A stretch of DNA of 64,000 bases from the human T2T-CHM13v2.0 reference genome, Homo sapiens, in the NCBI RefSeq assembly GCF_009914755.1, contig NC_060925.1. One strand, written 5' to 3'. Each line of letters begins with the position of its first letter. Position 1 is the stretch's first letter. The notes below the pieces were generated by a model. The model was not told the origin of the DNA, did not search any database, and saw nothing but the letters and a program-made list of their open reading frames with translations. This document shows, piece by piece, positions 32,368 through 46,894 of the stretch. The position numbers and the translations under genes are program-made.

Positions 32368-33623
32368 ATGGGCAACCTTCCACCCTCCATTCCCCCTTCT
32401 TCTCCCTTAGCCTGTTTTCTTAAAAACCTAAAACCCCTTTGACTAACACCTGACCTAAAACCTAAATGTCCTATTTTCTTCTGTAATACCGCTTGGCCCC
32501 AATACAAACTCAAAAATAGTTCCAAGTGGCCGGAAAACAACACTTTCAATTTCTCCATCCTACGAGATCTAGATAATTTTTGTCGTAAAATGGGCAAGTG
32601 GTCTGAGGTGCCTGACGTCCAGGGATTCTTTACACATCGGTCCCTCCCTAGTCTCTGCTCTCAATGCAACTCATCCCAAATCTTTCTTCTTTCTCTCTCT
32701 TGTCTGTTCCTTCAGTCTCCACCCCAAGCTCTGAGTCCTCTGAATCCTTTTCTATGGACCCATCTGACCTCTCCCCTCCTCCCGAGGCTGCTCCTCGCCA
32801 GGCCAAGCCAGGTCCCAATTCTTCCTCAGCCTCCACTCCCCCACCCTATAATCCTTCTGTCACCTCCCCTCCTCACACCCAGTCTGACTTACAGTTTTGT
32901 TCCACGACTAGCCCTCCCCCACCTGCCCAACAATTTCCTCTTAGAGAGATGGCTGGAGCTGAAGACGTAGTCAAGGTTAATGCTCCATTTTCTTTATCCG
33001 ACCTCTCCTAAATCAGTTAGCGTTTAGGCTCTTTTTCATCAAATATAAAAACTCAGCACAGTTAATGGCCCATTTGGCAACAACCCTCAGATGTTTTACT
33101 GCCCTAGACCCAGAGGGGCCAGAAGGCTGTCTTATTCTCAATATGCATTTTATTACCCAATCTGCTCCCGATATTAGAAAAAGCTGCAAAAATTAGATTC
33201 CGGCCCTCAAACCCCATAACAGGACTTAATTAACCTCGCCTTCAAGGTGTACAATAATAGAGAAGAGGCAGCCAAGCAGCAACATATTTCTGAGTTGCAA
33301 TTACTTGTCTCTGCTGTGAGAGAAACTCCAGCCACATCTCCAGCACACAAGAACTTCAAAACGCCTAAACCACAATGGCCAGGCGTTCCTCCAGGACCTC
33401 CTGCCCCAGGATCTTGCTTCAAGTGCTGGAAATCTGGCCGCTGGGCCAAAGAATGCCTGCAGCCGGGGATTCCTCCTAAGCCATGTCCCATCTGTGCAGG
33501 CCCCACTGGAAATAGGACTGTCCAATTCACCTGGCAGCCACTCCCAGAGCCCCTGGAACTCTGGCCCAAGGCTCTCTGACTGACTCCTTCCCAGATTTTC
33601 TTGGCTTAGTGGCTGAAGACTGA
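32368..33623 (+). pseudogene. gag: Disrupted HERV-H gag
   Basis: MGNLPPSIPPSSPLAC start, PPPY late-domain motif, degenerate zinc knuckle CFKCWKSGRWAKEC; stops and frameshifts. Confidence 0.9.
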
Positions 33624-35417
33624 CGCTGCCCGATCGCCTTGGAAGCCTCCTGCACCATCACAGACACTTCAGGTAACTCTTACAGTGGAGCGTAAGCCCG
33701 TCCCCTTCTTAATCGATACGGAGGCTACCCACTCCACGTTACCTTCTTTTCAAGGGCCTGTTTCCCTTGCCTCCATAACTGTTGTGGGTATTGACGGCCA
33801 GGCTTCTAAACCTCTTAAAACTCCCCAACTCTGGTGCCAACTTAGACAACATTCTTTTATGCACTCCTTTTTGTTATCCCTACCTGCCCAGCTCCCTTAT
33901 TAGGTCGAGGCATTTTAACGAAATTATCTGCTTCCCTGACTATTCCTGGGCTACAGCCACACCTCATTGTCACCCTTTTCCCCAGTTCAAAGCCTCCTTC
34001 GCATCCTCCCCTTGTGTCTCCCTACCTTAATCCACAAGTATGGGATACCTCTACTCCCTCCTTGGTGACCAATCATGCACCCCTTACCATCCCATTAAAA
34101 CTTAATCACCCTTACCCTGCTCAATGCCAATATCCCATCCCACAGCATGCTTTAAAAGGGTTGAAGCCTGTAATCACCCGCCTGTTACAACATGGCCTCT
34201 TAAAGCCTACAAATTCTCCTTACAACTCCCCTATCCTACCAGTCCAGAAACCAGACAAGTCATACAGGTTGTTTCAGGATCTTCACTTTATTAATCAAAT
34301 CGTCCTTCCCATCCATCCTATAGTGCCAAACCCTCCTATCTTCAATACCCCCTTTCACAACTCAGTATTCTGTTATCGACCTCAAAGACACCTTCTTTAC
34401 TATCCTCTTGCATCCCTCCTCCCAGCCTCTTTCCGCCTTTACTTAGACTGACCCTGACACCCACCAATCCCAACAACTCACCTGGACTGTTCTGCCCCAA
34501 GGCTTCAGGGACAGCCCACACTACTTTGGCCAGGCCCTTTCTCATGATCTGCTTTCTTTTCGCCCGTCTGCCTCCCACCTTATTCAATAGTTTGATGATC
34601 CTCTTCTTTGCAGCCCCTCTTACCAATTTTCCCAGCAGGACACTATCCTGCTTCTTCTACATCTCTACTCAAAGGGGTACTGAGTATCCCCCTCCAAGGC
34701 ACAAATTTCTTCCCCTAGCGTTACCTATCTTGGTATAATCCTCCATCAACATACATGTGCCATTCCTGCAGACTGTGTTCAGTTAATCTCCCAGACCCCA
34801 ATCCCCACCACCAAACAACAACTCCTTTCCTTCTTAGGCATTTTTTGGTATTTCCAACTCTGGATACCAGGCTTTGCTATCCTAACCAAACCACTTTACA
34901 AGCTCACAAAGAGTAACTGAACTGATCCCATAGACCCTAAGTTTTTTCCCTATTCTTCCTTTCGCTCTCTCAAAAAGGCCCTGGAGACAGCTCCCACACT
35001 AGCATTCCCCGACTTGTCCCATCCTTTTTCCTTACACACAGCTGAAATACAAGCCTGTGCTGCTGGAATCCTCACACAGGAGCCAGGCCCACGACCTGTT
35101 GCCTTTCTATCAAAACAACTTGACCTCACAGTTCTGGGCTGGCCCTCATGTCTGTGTGTGGTGGCAGCCACTGCTTTAATACTTCTAGAGGCCTTCAAAA
35201 TCACAGGCTATGCTCCACTTAGCCTTTACAGGTCTCACAACCTTCAAGCATTAATATCCTCCTCACATCTTTCACACTTATTACCTGCCGCTCGACTCCT
35301 CCAGCTCTATTCACTCTTTGTTGAAACTCCAACAGTAACTATTACCCATGGGCCCGATTTCAACCCGGCTTCTCACTTAGCACCCAACACAAGTCCTGAA
35401 CCACATGACTGTATTTC
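33624..35417 (+). pseudogene. pol: Disrupted HERV-H pro-pol (protease, RT, tether; RNase H and integrase deleted)
   Basis: LIDTEATHS protease motif, SPYNSPILPVQKP, LPQGFRDSP at 34492, YxDD degraded to *FDD at 34588-34599, RPVAFLSKQLD. Confidence 0.92.
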
Positions 35418-35690
35418 AAGGATAGAGCCCAAAAACTTGCCAACCAAGCAAATAATTATGCTGAACCCCCTTGGGCACTCTCTAATTGGATGTTATGGGT
35501 CCTCCCAATTCTTAGTCCTTTAATACCTGTTTTTCTCCTTCTCTTATTCGGACCTTGTGTCTTCTGTTTAGTTTCTCAATTCATACAAAACCATATCCAG
35601 GCCATCACCAATCATTCTATATGACAAATGCTCCTTCTAACAACCCCACAATATCACCCCCTACCCCAAAATCTTTCTTTAGTTTAATCT
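35418..35690 (+). pseudogene. env: HERV-H env TM C-terminal remnant
   Basis: DRAQKLANQANNYAEPPWALSNW followed by the hydrophobic segment LLLLFGPCV. Confidence 0.8.
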
Positions 35691-35848
35691 CTCCCACTGT
35701 CGGTTTCCACGCCGCCCCTGATCCTGCTTGAAGCAGCCCTGAGAAACATGGCCCATTATCTCTCCATGCCACCCCCAAACATTTTCGCCGCCCCAACACT
35801 TCACCACTATTTTGTTTTGTTTTTCTTATTAATATAAGAAGACAGGAA

Positions 35849-36283
35849 TGTCAGGCCTCTGAGCCCAAGCTAAGCCATCATAACCCCTGTGACCTGCACA
35901 TATACATCCAGATGGCCTGAAGCAACTAAAGAACCACAAAATGAGAAATAGCAAGTTCCTGCCTTAACTGATGACATTCCACCATTGTGATTTGTTCCTG
36001 CCCCACCCTAACCGATCAATTGACCTTGTGACATTCCTTCTCCTGGACAATGAGTCTCAGGAGCTCCCCACTGAGCACCTTGTGACCCCCACTGCTGCCC
36101 ACAAGAAAAAACTTTTAACTGTAATATTCTACTACCTACCCAAATCCTATAAAACTGCCCCACCCCTGTCTCCCTTTGCTGACTCCTTTCTCGGACTCAG
36201 TCCACCTGCACCCATGTGATTAAAAAGCTTTATGGCTCACACAAAGCCTGTTTGGTGGTCTCTTCACACGGACGCATGTAACA
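35849..36283 (+). promoter_or_regulatory. HERV-H 3' LTR
   Basis: TGTCAGGCCTCTGAGCCC...ATTAAA...TGTAACA, following the polypurine tract. Confidence 0.95.
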
Positions 36284-36285
36284 TT

Positions 36286-36303
36286 TGGTGCTGAAACCCG
36301 GGA
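36286..36303 (+). other. Second tRNA-Phe PBS copy downstream of the 3' LTR
   Basis: TGGTGCTGAAACCCGGGA (17/18 match), preceded by the same TT spacer as the 5' PBS. Confidence 0.92.
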
Positions 36304-37269
36304 AACCGACAGAAGCAATGCATGGGGTAAGGGATGTGGGAGGGTGCAGAGCTTCCATGCCCTCCCTGAATGTGCCAACCTCCGGGAACCTCCATGTGTT
36401 CAGTTATCCAGAAGCTCACCCAACTCTGTCGTTCTGGGGTTCTATGGAGGCATCATTACATAAGCATGATTGTTATATCATTGGCTACAGGGGATGGACT
36501 TAATCTTCAGTCCCTCCCCTCTCCCAGGAGGTTGAGGAGTGGGGCTGAAAGTCCTAATCCTCTAATCCTGCCTCTTTTCGGATGGGTGACCAGCCCCATC
36601 CTAAAGCTACCTAGGGACTGCCAGCCATTAATCAACTCATTAGCACACAAAAAGACATTTACTTTTGGGAATCCCAAGGAGTTTAGGAGTAGTGTGCTAG
36701 AAAAGAGAGACAAAGACAAAATACTGTATATATTTCACAATATCCCTCCCACCCCCAACCTAACAGCATTCTGGCTGAAAACAAGCCAGGGCAACCAGAC
36801 ATCACCTGGCAGGTAGCAGGGGATGAAGAATCCCATCAGATATTGAAAGTGACTGGATATGGAGGGTGGGAGGTTCTGGCTAAGCTGATTTAGCATCTTG
36901 TTAAAACTGGATTTTACAAGAAGGTGCACAGATGGGCCTAGGAGAAGTTTCAGGAGTCTGACTAACATTTGGCCAAGCATAGAATCTTTGTCACTACCAA
37001 CTGATATATATCTGCAACCCTGCTGGTAAAAATGTCAAAAGCACATTCTCTTCAATATCTTTACTAGTGGCAAATCTTTGTTCTGGGGTGGATTGGATGT
37101 TTTGAAACAGCCAAAAGTTATTTAGAACCAACTGCTCTGAATTAAGAAAACTGAGCTGATTTCCCTCATGTGGATCATATGCTGACTCTGACAGCAATTT
37201 GAACAGAAGAAATCCAAAAAGGGTTCTAAGAAAGGCACTGGGCAGTGTCTTCCATGGTGATTAAATAGA

Positions 37270-37524
37270 GGGTGGATCACTTGAGGTTAGGAGTTTGAGA
37301 TCAGCCTGGCCAACATGGTGAAGCCCTGTCTCTACTAAAAAAAACCCACAAAAATTAGCCAAGTGTGGTGGCAAGTGCCTGTAATCCTAGCTACTCGGGA
37401 GGCTGAGGCTTGAGAATCACTTTAACCCAGGAGGCGGAGGTTGTAGTGAGCAGAGATTATGCCACTGCATTCCAGACTGGGCGACAGACTGGGACTCTTT
37501 CTCAAAAAAAAAAAAAAAAAAAAA
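37270..37524 (+). mobile_element. 5'-truncated AluS
   Basis: Alu body plus poly-A. Confidence 0.93.
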
Positions 37525-37675
37525 GGCAAGTAGCTACATGTCACGATCTTTCAGTTTTATCTCAGTGGCATACTATGCAGCATTTACAAAGCCCAGGTAA
37601 TTCTGATTTCTCAGCTCTAAACACCCTCAGATAAGTGCTATGCAGCTCTATGGAAGACTAACTAACTGCCTGGCA

Positions 37676-37974
<299 letters not shown>

Positions 37975-38392
37975 CTGGTAGTTTTTTGAATTTGAAGATG
38001 TTGCTGTTGCTGATGGGAATTGTCATATAGGCCTGGCTTTGAAGACTCTGAGACACCAATATTCTCTTCAACTTGTGCCAAGGCTAGCTGTTCTTTAGCT
38101 GGAGGATAAAGCAGAGGTACCACCAAGCCTGGCACTTAACCCCGTAAGTCAGCCACTTCATATTGCAAAAATTTCCAACTACTCCCAGGTCCACATGTCT
38201 GATACCAGAGACCAAAGCCAATCACCCAACAATCATTTCCCCCAGGGTTAATACTTATCAAATGTATAACACTTCATATGTCTCACAGGATGGTTATACT
38301 ATTCCAGCAAGAGCAATTTCCTATTCTTTCAGGTGACTATTTCTGCTTTACCTTCTTTTGAATATTTCAAGAACTTTAATTTCAAGGGAACT

Positions 38393-38680
38393 GGCTGGGT
38401 GCAGTGGCTCACGCTTGTAATCTCAGTGCTTTAGGAGTCTGAGGCAGGAGGATCACTTGAGGCACAGGAGTTCCAGACCTCGTCTCTACAAAAAAATTTT
38501 AAAAATCAAAAAATTAGCCAGGCATGGTGGCATGCAGCTGTAGTCCCAGCTACTCAGGAGGCTGAGCTGGGAGGTGGGAGGATCGCTTGAGCAAGGAAGT
38601 TGAGGCTGCAGTGAGCTATGATTGTGCTACTACTGCACTCCAACCTGGGCAACAAAGCCAGACCCTGTCTCAAAAAGAAA
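38393..38680 (+). mobile_element. AluJ
   Basis: Alu body with a small deletion. Confidence 0.9.
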
Positions 38681-38795
38681 TTTTTTTTTCAAGGAAACAG
38701 GCCAATTTCAAGCTGTATTAATCTGAAAATGAGGCCACTTAGAGAAAGACAGTCATATGCAGAAAAAGGACAAGCACTCTGCTGGGGGCAGATAG

Positions 38796-39330
<535 letters not shown>

Positions 39331-39871
39331 TTTTTCCCAAATTTCTAGCTGGGCAAAATCTCTTTAAGCTTAAATTACACGGAGAAAAATACCAAGGAAA
39401 AGACAACATAAACATTTTTAAAATCTTTATTATTTATTTTAAGATATCCTATGTTTACAATGGTCAAGAAAAGAGGAGATAAAATACGTAGTTAAATGTA
39501 TCGTATTTTTTCATCTTTAAGTAGAACTTACTTTTCAGTTGTTGGGATGTCCATCACAAATATAAGTATGCACCTGTATACTTACGCATTATTATACAGT
39601 AAATTAAAATTTACATGCAGTGAAACACACAGCTGTATGTTGAATATACAAGATACATTTGGATTTGGATAAGTGTATACACCCACATAACCACCACCCA
39701 GACAAAATATATTCTGTCATCTGGAAAGTTTCCCAGTATTCCCTTTCAGTTAATCTTTATCCCCCCAGAGGAAACCACTGTTCTGATTTCTATCTTGTAG
39801 ATTAACTTTCCCTGTTCTTAAACTTCATATAAATGAAACCACACAGTAGACATACTTTTGTGGCTGTCTTT

Positions 39872-39911
<40 letters not shown>

Positions 39912-40101
39912 TATATACACATATACATATATACACATATACACATATATACACATATATACACATATACACATATATACACATATACACACACATATAT
40001 ATACACATATACACACATATATACACACATATACACATATATACACATACACACACATATATACACATATATATACACACACACACATATATATATATAT
40101 A
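39872..40101. repeat. Compound (TA)n/(CA)n/(TACACATA)n microsatellite
   Basis: About 230 bp of almost uninterrupted purine-pyrimidine alternation. Confidence 0.97.
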
Positions 40102-40589
<488 letters not shown>

Positions 40590-40755
40590 TGACTGCTCTG
40601 AGAAAATTTGTCCTATTCCAAAGTTATGAGAATATTCATCTAAATTTGTTCTAGAAGCTTTATAGTGTTAGCATTTAGATTTATGAAATAGGGGGGCAAG
40701 GTTTATTTTTTCCCGTACATTGATTCAATAGTTCCAGCACCATATTTGTTAATGA

Positions 40756-41126
<371 letters not shown>

Positions 41127-42459
41127 TTGTAGAAATCTTAAAATCAGGTTCTGGCCAGGCAGTGTTGAATAGGAGCAAGAATAGACATTCTTGCATTTTT
41201 CCCGATCTAAGAGGAAAGCATTCAGTATTTCACCAGTAAGTATGATACATAGCCTTTATCAGAATAAGAAAATTATCTTATATTCCTGCATTTCTGAGAA
41301 TTATTATGAATGAATATTGAATTTTGTCAAATGTTTTTCTGACATCTACTGAGATGATCATATGGTTTTTCATTATTCCATTCATAATTATATTGATTGA
41401 TTTCCAGTATGAAATCAACCTTGCACTCCTAGGATAAACTCCTTTTGGACTTGAGGTATTGTTCTTTTTATATATTGCTGGATTCAAGTTGCTAATATTT
41501 TGTTAAAGATTGGTATGTCCATGTTCATGAGGAATATTGGTATGTAATTTTCTTTTCTTCTGGCATCTTTGTTCTATTTTGATTTCAAGACAGTTTTTTG
41601 CTGTTCTCATCAAACAAATTGGAAACTATTCCTTCCTGTTTCACTTTCTGAAAGAGTTTGTATAAGATTGGCATTATTAATTTGTCCTTAAATGTTTTAA
41701 AGAATTTACCAGTGGAACCATCTGGGCCTGAAGTTTTATCTGTGGGAAGGTTTTAAATTAGGAAGTCAGTATCTGTAATAGGCAATACCTATTAAAAGGG
41801 ACAATTTAGATTTTGTATACTCTTGTGTCAGTTTTGATGATTTGTATTTTTCAAGGAATTTTCTCATTTCATCTAGGTTACTGAATTTAATGGCATGCCA
41901 TTATAATAATATTCATTTTTTATCTTTTTGATGTCTGTAAGATCTATGATGATATCCCCCCTTTCATGCTGATATTGATAATTGATATTTTCTCTTTTTC
42001 TTCATAATCGGCCTTACTGGAGTTTATCAATTTTATTAATCTTTTCAGAGAACTAACTTCTGGATTTGTTAATTCCTTGTTTGTATTGTGTTCACTTCTG
42101 TTCTTATCTTTATTATTTCCTTTCTGCTACTTATTATGGGTTTAATTTGCTTTTCTTTTCTAGTTCTTAAAGTGAGGTTTGGATCATCATTTTAAAAATG
42201 TTATTCTTTTATAACACTGTAAGCATTTAGTGCTATAAATTTTACTCTAAGCACCGCCTTAGCTACAGCCCTTAAATTTGCTATGGTGGATTTTCACTCA
42301 GTTTGAAATATTTTCTAATTTCCCTTGTGGTTTCCTTCTTGTTCCATGGATGCTGTTTAATTTTCAAATATGTGGGGCTTTTCTAGTTATCCTAGTATTG
42401 ATTTAATAAGAACCAATTGTTGTCATAAGAAAACATACTCTGTAAGATTAAAACTTATT

Positions 42460-43172
<713 letters not shown>

Positions 43173-43174
43173 GC

Positions 43175-45251
43175 CCCTCTAAAAAATGGAAATGGCAAGG
43201 AAGTAGATTTTTTTCCCTAGAGCCTCCAACAAGAGCAAGGCCCTGGTTTGGCCCAGTGAAACTGATTACAGACTTCTGACCTCCAGAGCTGTAAGGGAAT
43301 ATATGTGTGTTGTTTTGAGCCACTCAGTTTATGGTCATTTGTTATAGCAATCATAGGAAACTAACACATGTTTTGGCATCTGAAAGTGGGGTGTTGCTGC
43401 AACAAATACCTAAAAATCTGGAAGTGGGGTGCTGTTGTAAAAATACCTCAAAAATGTACCTGTAGTGCCAAGTATTTGGGAGGCTGAGGTGGGAGGCTCA
43501 CTTGAGCTCAGGAGTTTGAGTCCAGCCTGGACAGCAAGACCCCTATCTCTTTAAAAAAAAAAATGGAAGTAGTTTTGGAATAGGGTAATAGGGCTGGAAG
43601 AATTTTGAGAAGCACAATAGAAAAAGCCTAGATTGCTTTAAACAGACTGTTATCAGAAATATTGATTTGAAAGATTCTGCCAGTGAGGGCCAGGAGGAAG
43701 TGAGAAACACAGTATAGAAAGCTTGTATCACCTCAGAGAATATCTATATTGTCATAAACAGACTGTTAGTAAACATGTGAACATTAAAGGTGCTGCTGGT
43801 GAAGGTTCAGAAGGAAATTATTGGAATTTGGAAGGAAGAGGGTCCTTGTTATGCAGCAGCAGAAACTTTTGCTGAATTGTGTCCTGAAGTTTTAGGAAAA
43901 TAGAACTTGTAAGCAATGAACTTGGTATTTAGCTAAGATTTTCAAGCAAAGGGTTGAAAGCATAGGCTGGGTTCTTCTTGCACCTTATAATAAACTTTAA
44001 CAGGTAAGAGATAAAATGAGGGAAGAGGCGGGGCATGGTGGCTCACACCTGTAATACCAGCATTTTGGGAGGTCGAGGCGGGTGGATCACGAGGTCAGGA
44101 GATGGAGACCATCCTGGCTAACACAGTGAAACCCCGTCTGTACTAAAAATACAAAAAATTGGCTGGGCATGGTGGCAGGTGGGGCCTGTAGTCCCATTTA
44201 CTCAGGAGGCTGAGGCAGGAGAGCCACTTGAACCCAGGAAGCGGAGGTTGCAGTGAGCCGAGATCATACCACTGCACTCCAGCCTGGGCAACAGAGACAG
44301 AGCAAGACTCTGTCTCAAAACAAAAAAAAAAAAAAAGAAAAGGGGGAAGAAATGTTAAGCAAAAAGGAAGCAAGGCTTGATGATCTGGGAAATTCTCAGA
44401 CTCTCCAGATTGCAAAAGATGTTAAACTTCCAGAGATACACTGTTAAGAAAGCGGGCTCTAGATTGAAGGCCAAAGGTATGGCTAGACAACCTTTTCTAG
44501 TGCTGAAGAGATCACATATGTGATTCATGGAGTCCCTCAACCGTTTTAGCAAAAGCCATGAATAGAGATCGAATGGTCTATGGAGGAGCCTTTTGTTTAA
44601 TGGAGTAAATCTCTGTGACATACACAGGAGACCACTAAGGTTTTTGAGAGTATTATAACAGCAGCACTGTCAGCTTGGACTGAAAGGGATGGACAGAGAA
44701 TGAAATGAAAGAAGACTGTCAGAGTCCCAAATTCTACAGGCAGGAAACAGGCTGATAAAACTGCTCAGCTGCAAACATATGCTACCGTTCCAGAAAAAGA
44801 AAGATGACTTTGAGGTGGGGTGCCTTGGGCCCAGAGGGTGGAGTCTCAAGCCACAGAGAATTGTTTCCAGGTCTTGAGACATAATGGAGTTTGCTCAGTT
44901 GGAATTCAAAATTGCTTGAGGCTAGTGATGACTCTTTTCCTTCCATTTTCTCCCTTTTGGAATGAGAATATCTACAACTGTTATCCTGTGCCTGTCATGC
45001 AATTATGTATTGGAAGCAAACCATTTGTTTTCTAGTTTTACAATTCCACAGATGGAGAGAGATTTTGCCCAGGATGGACCATGCCCAAAGTCTCCTCCAC
45101 ACCTGATTTAGATTATATGGGCAACGAGATTTAGAACTTTTGAGCTGATGACACTTAGGTAAGATTTTGGGCTTAAGTTGATGCTGTTAATGGGTTGAGA
45201 CTTTGGGGGATGTTGGGACAGGGTGAATGTTTTTTGCATGTGGGATGGATG
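43175..45251 (+). mobile_element. MLT1 LTR 3' part (to ~43368) plus MaLR internal sequence
   Basis: GACTTCTGACCTCCAGAGCTGTAAG...GGAAACTAACACA, then AAGTGGGGTGTTGCTGCAACAAATACCTAAAAAT (MLT-int start). Confidence 0.8.
44027..44340 (+). mobile_element. AluY/Sc-like
   Basis: GAGACCATCCTGGCTAACACAGTGAAAC diagnostic. Confidence 0.93.
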
Positions 45252-46579
45252 TACAAAAGGAAAGTATCTTAGGCCCCTTCAAGCTGGGAACCACTCAAGG
45301 CAAATCTGCCTCCCATTCTATTCAAAGTCATCCCTCTGCTCACAGAGATAGATGCATAGTCTGATTACCTCACATGGAAAAACTTATCAGAAACTCAAAA
45401 GAATGAACCATTTGTATCTTACCTATCTGTGACCTGGAAGCTCCTTCCCCACTTTGAGTCCTCCTGCCTTTGTTTCAAGTTGTCCCGCCTTTCCAGGCCC
45501 AATCAATGTACCTCTTACATATATTGATTGATGTCTCATGTTTCCCTAAAATGTATAAAACCAAGCTGTGCCCCGACCATCTTAGGCACATGTTGTCAGG
45601 ACTTCCTGAGGCTGTGTCAAGGGCATGTCCTCAACCTTGGCAAAATAAACTTTCTGAATTAACTGAGACCTGTCTCAGATTTTCTGGGTTCACATTTGCT
45701 GAACCCACATTTCTGGGTTCACCATGGGGGATTCTGAGTGGAGATACCCCTGACCTTTGACGAATCTCCTATCAGTGCTTGGTACCAGCATGAGCTAACT
45801 TTATGGCCCAAACCAATAGGACAATTTGCTGAGGTCTGAGAGCATCTCCTCCAGAGAATCCCTGAGCTCCCAAAATTTGGTCAAGATCTAAAGTTTATTT
45901 CGTATTTTGTTGTACAGCTCCTCTTTTTTTTTTTTTTTTTTTTTTTGGAGTTTTACTTGCTTCCAAAACAAGGAAGGCAAGTTTTTCCTGCTTCCATGAT
46001 GATGGAAGGCAGGTAACTCCTTTATGGAGTTTGAGCTTGCTTCCAACAGAGAACATAAGGTTTTTTTGTTTTGTTTTCCTGCTTCTAGGATGGTAGAGAG
46101 CAGTCTACAGCCTGAGACCCATCACTAGGTAAGAAACTGGTCTGGGATTCTGTCTTGCAAATTCCTTTTAAAAAATTAAAGTTAGCATTAACAACCAGCT
46201 GGTGTTAATTTCTGCTTACACTTAGAGCGCTCAGAAATCATAGCATTTGTGTGATCATTGTTAGATTTACTTCATGGTTTTGTTGTTTCTGTCTTGGTCA
46301 AATCCGAAGGGGAACTCTAAATTATGAGGAACAAGACCTTTAAAGTGGGAGAAAAAATGGCCAGCAAAAAAAAAAAAAAGAGGAAAGATTTTTGATTTTG
46401 ACTACTAAATGGGCTTTATTTACATAACAAGGCCACCTTTTTGCCAGCCAGCCCGCCCAAACTGAAAGAGCAATGGTTGTACTTCTGAAATAGCAGCATT
46501 TTGTCCTAGCTGAAACATGGTAATAAGATTTTTAAAAAATTTTGTTAAGGAGCTCAATGGTTAAAACTCAGCTTAATTA

Positions 46580-46894
<315 letters not shown>

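Larger units (their letters stand above)
31382..36283 (+). mobile_element. HERV-H family provirus (HERV-H/F type, Phe PBS), internally deleted, 4.9 kb
   Basis: Two LTR7-family LTRs, PBS, gag, pro, pol and env remnants, polypurine tract AAGAAGACAGGAA at 35836-35848. Confidence 0.97.
30985..36745 (-). mobile_element. MER21B/C LTR in two parts (~30985-31381 and ~36304-36745), split by HERV-H
   Basis: CACTTCTGACACCAG...GAGCAGCTCACAGAACTCAGGGAAAC; resumes GAGCTTCCATGCCCTC...GGAACCTCCATGTGTTCAG. Confidence 0.85.
30774..36993 (-). mobile_element. MER31-like LTR in two parts (~30774-30980 and ~36745-36993)
   Basis: Starts TGTCAAGG...TTCAGGACCATTGCAGTAGGGG...CTCAGTATAGAA; ends GAGTCTGACTAACATTTGGCCAAGCATAGAATCTTTGTCA. 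Confidence 0.7.

Noticed and set aside
36304-36310. AACCGAC as read-through of tRNA-Phe beyond m1A58 (expected TCGAACCAGGGAC)
   Set aside because: Needs two gaps within 13 nt; better explained as host MER21 sequence
43382-43458. ~38-bp degenerate duplication at the MaLR internal start
   Set aside because: Old local duplication next to an Alu monomer insertion; no sign of function
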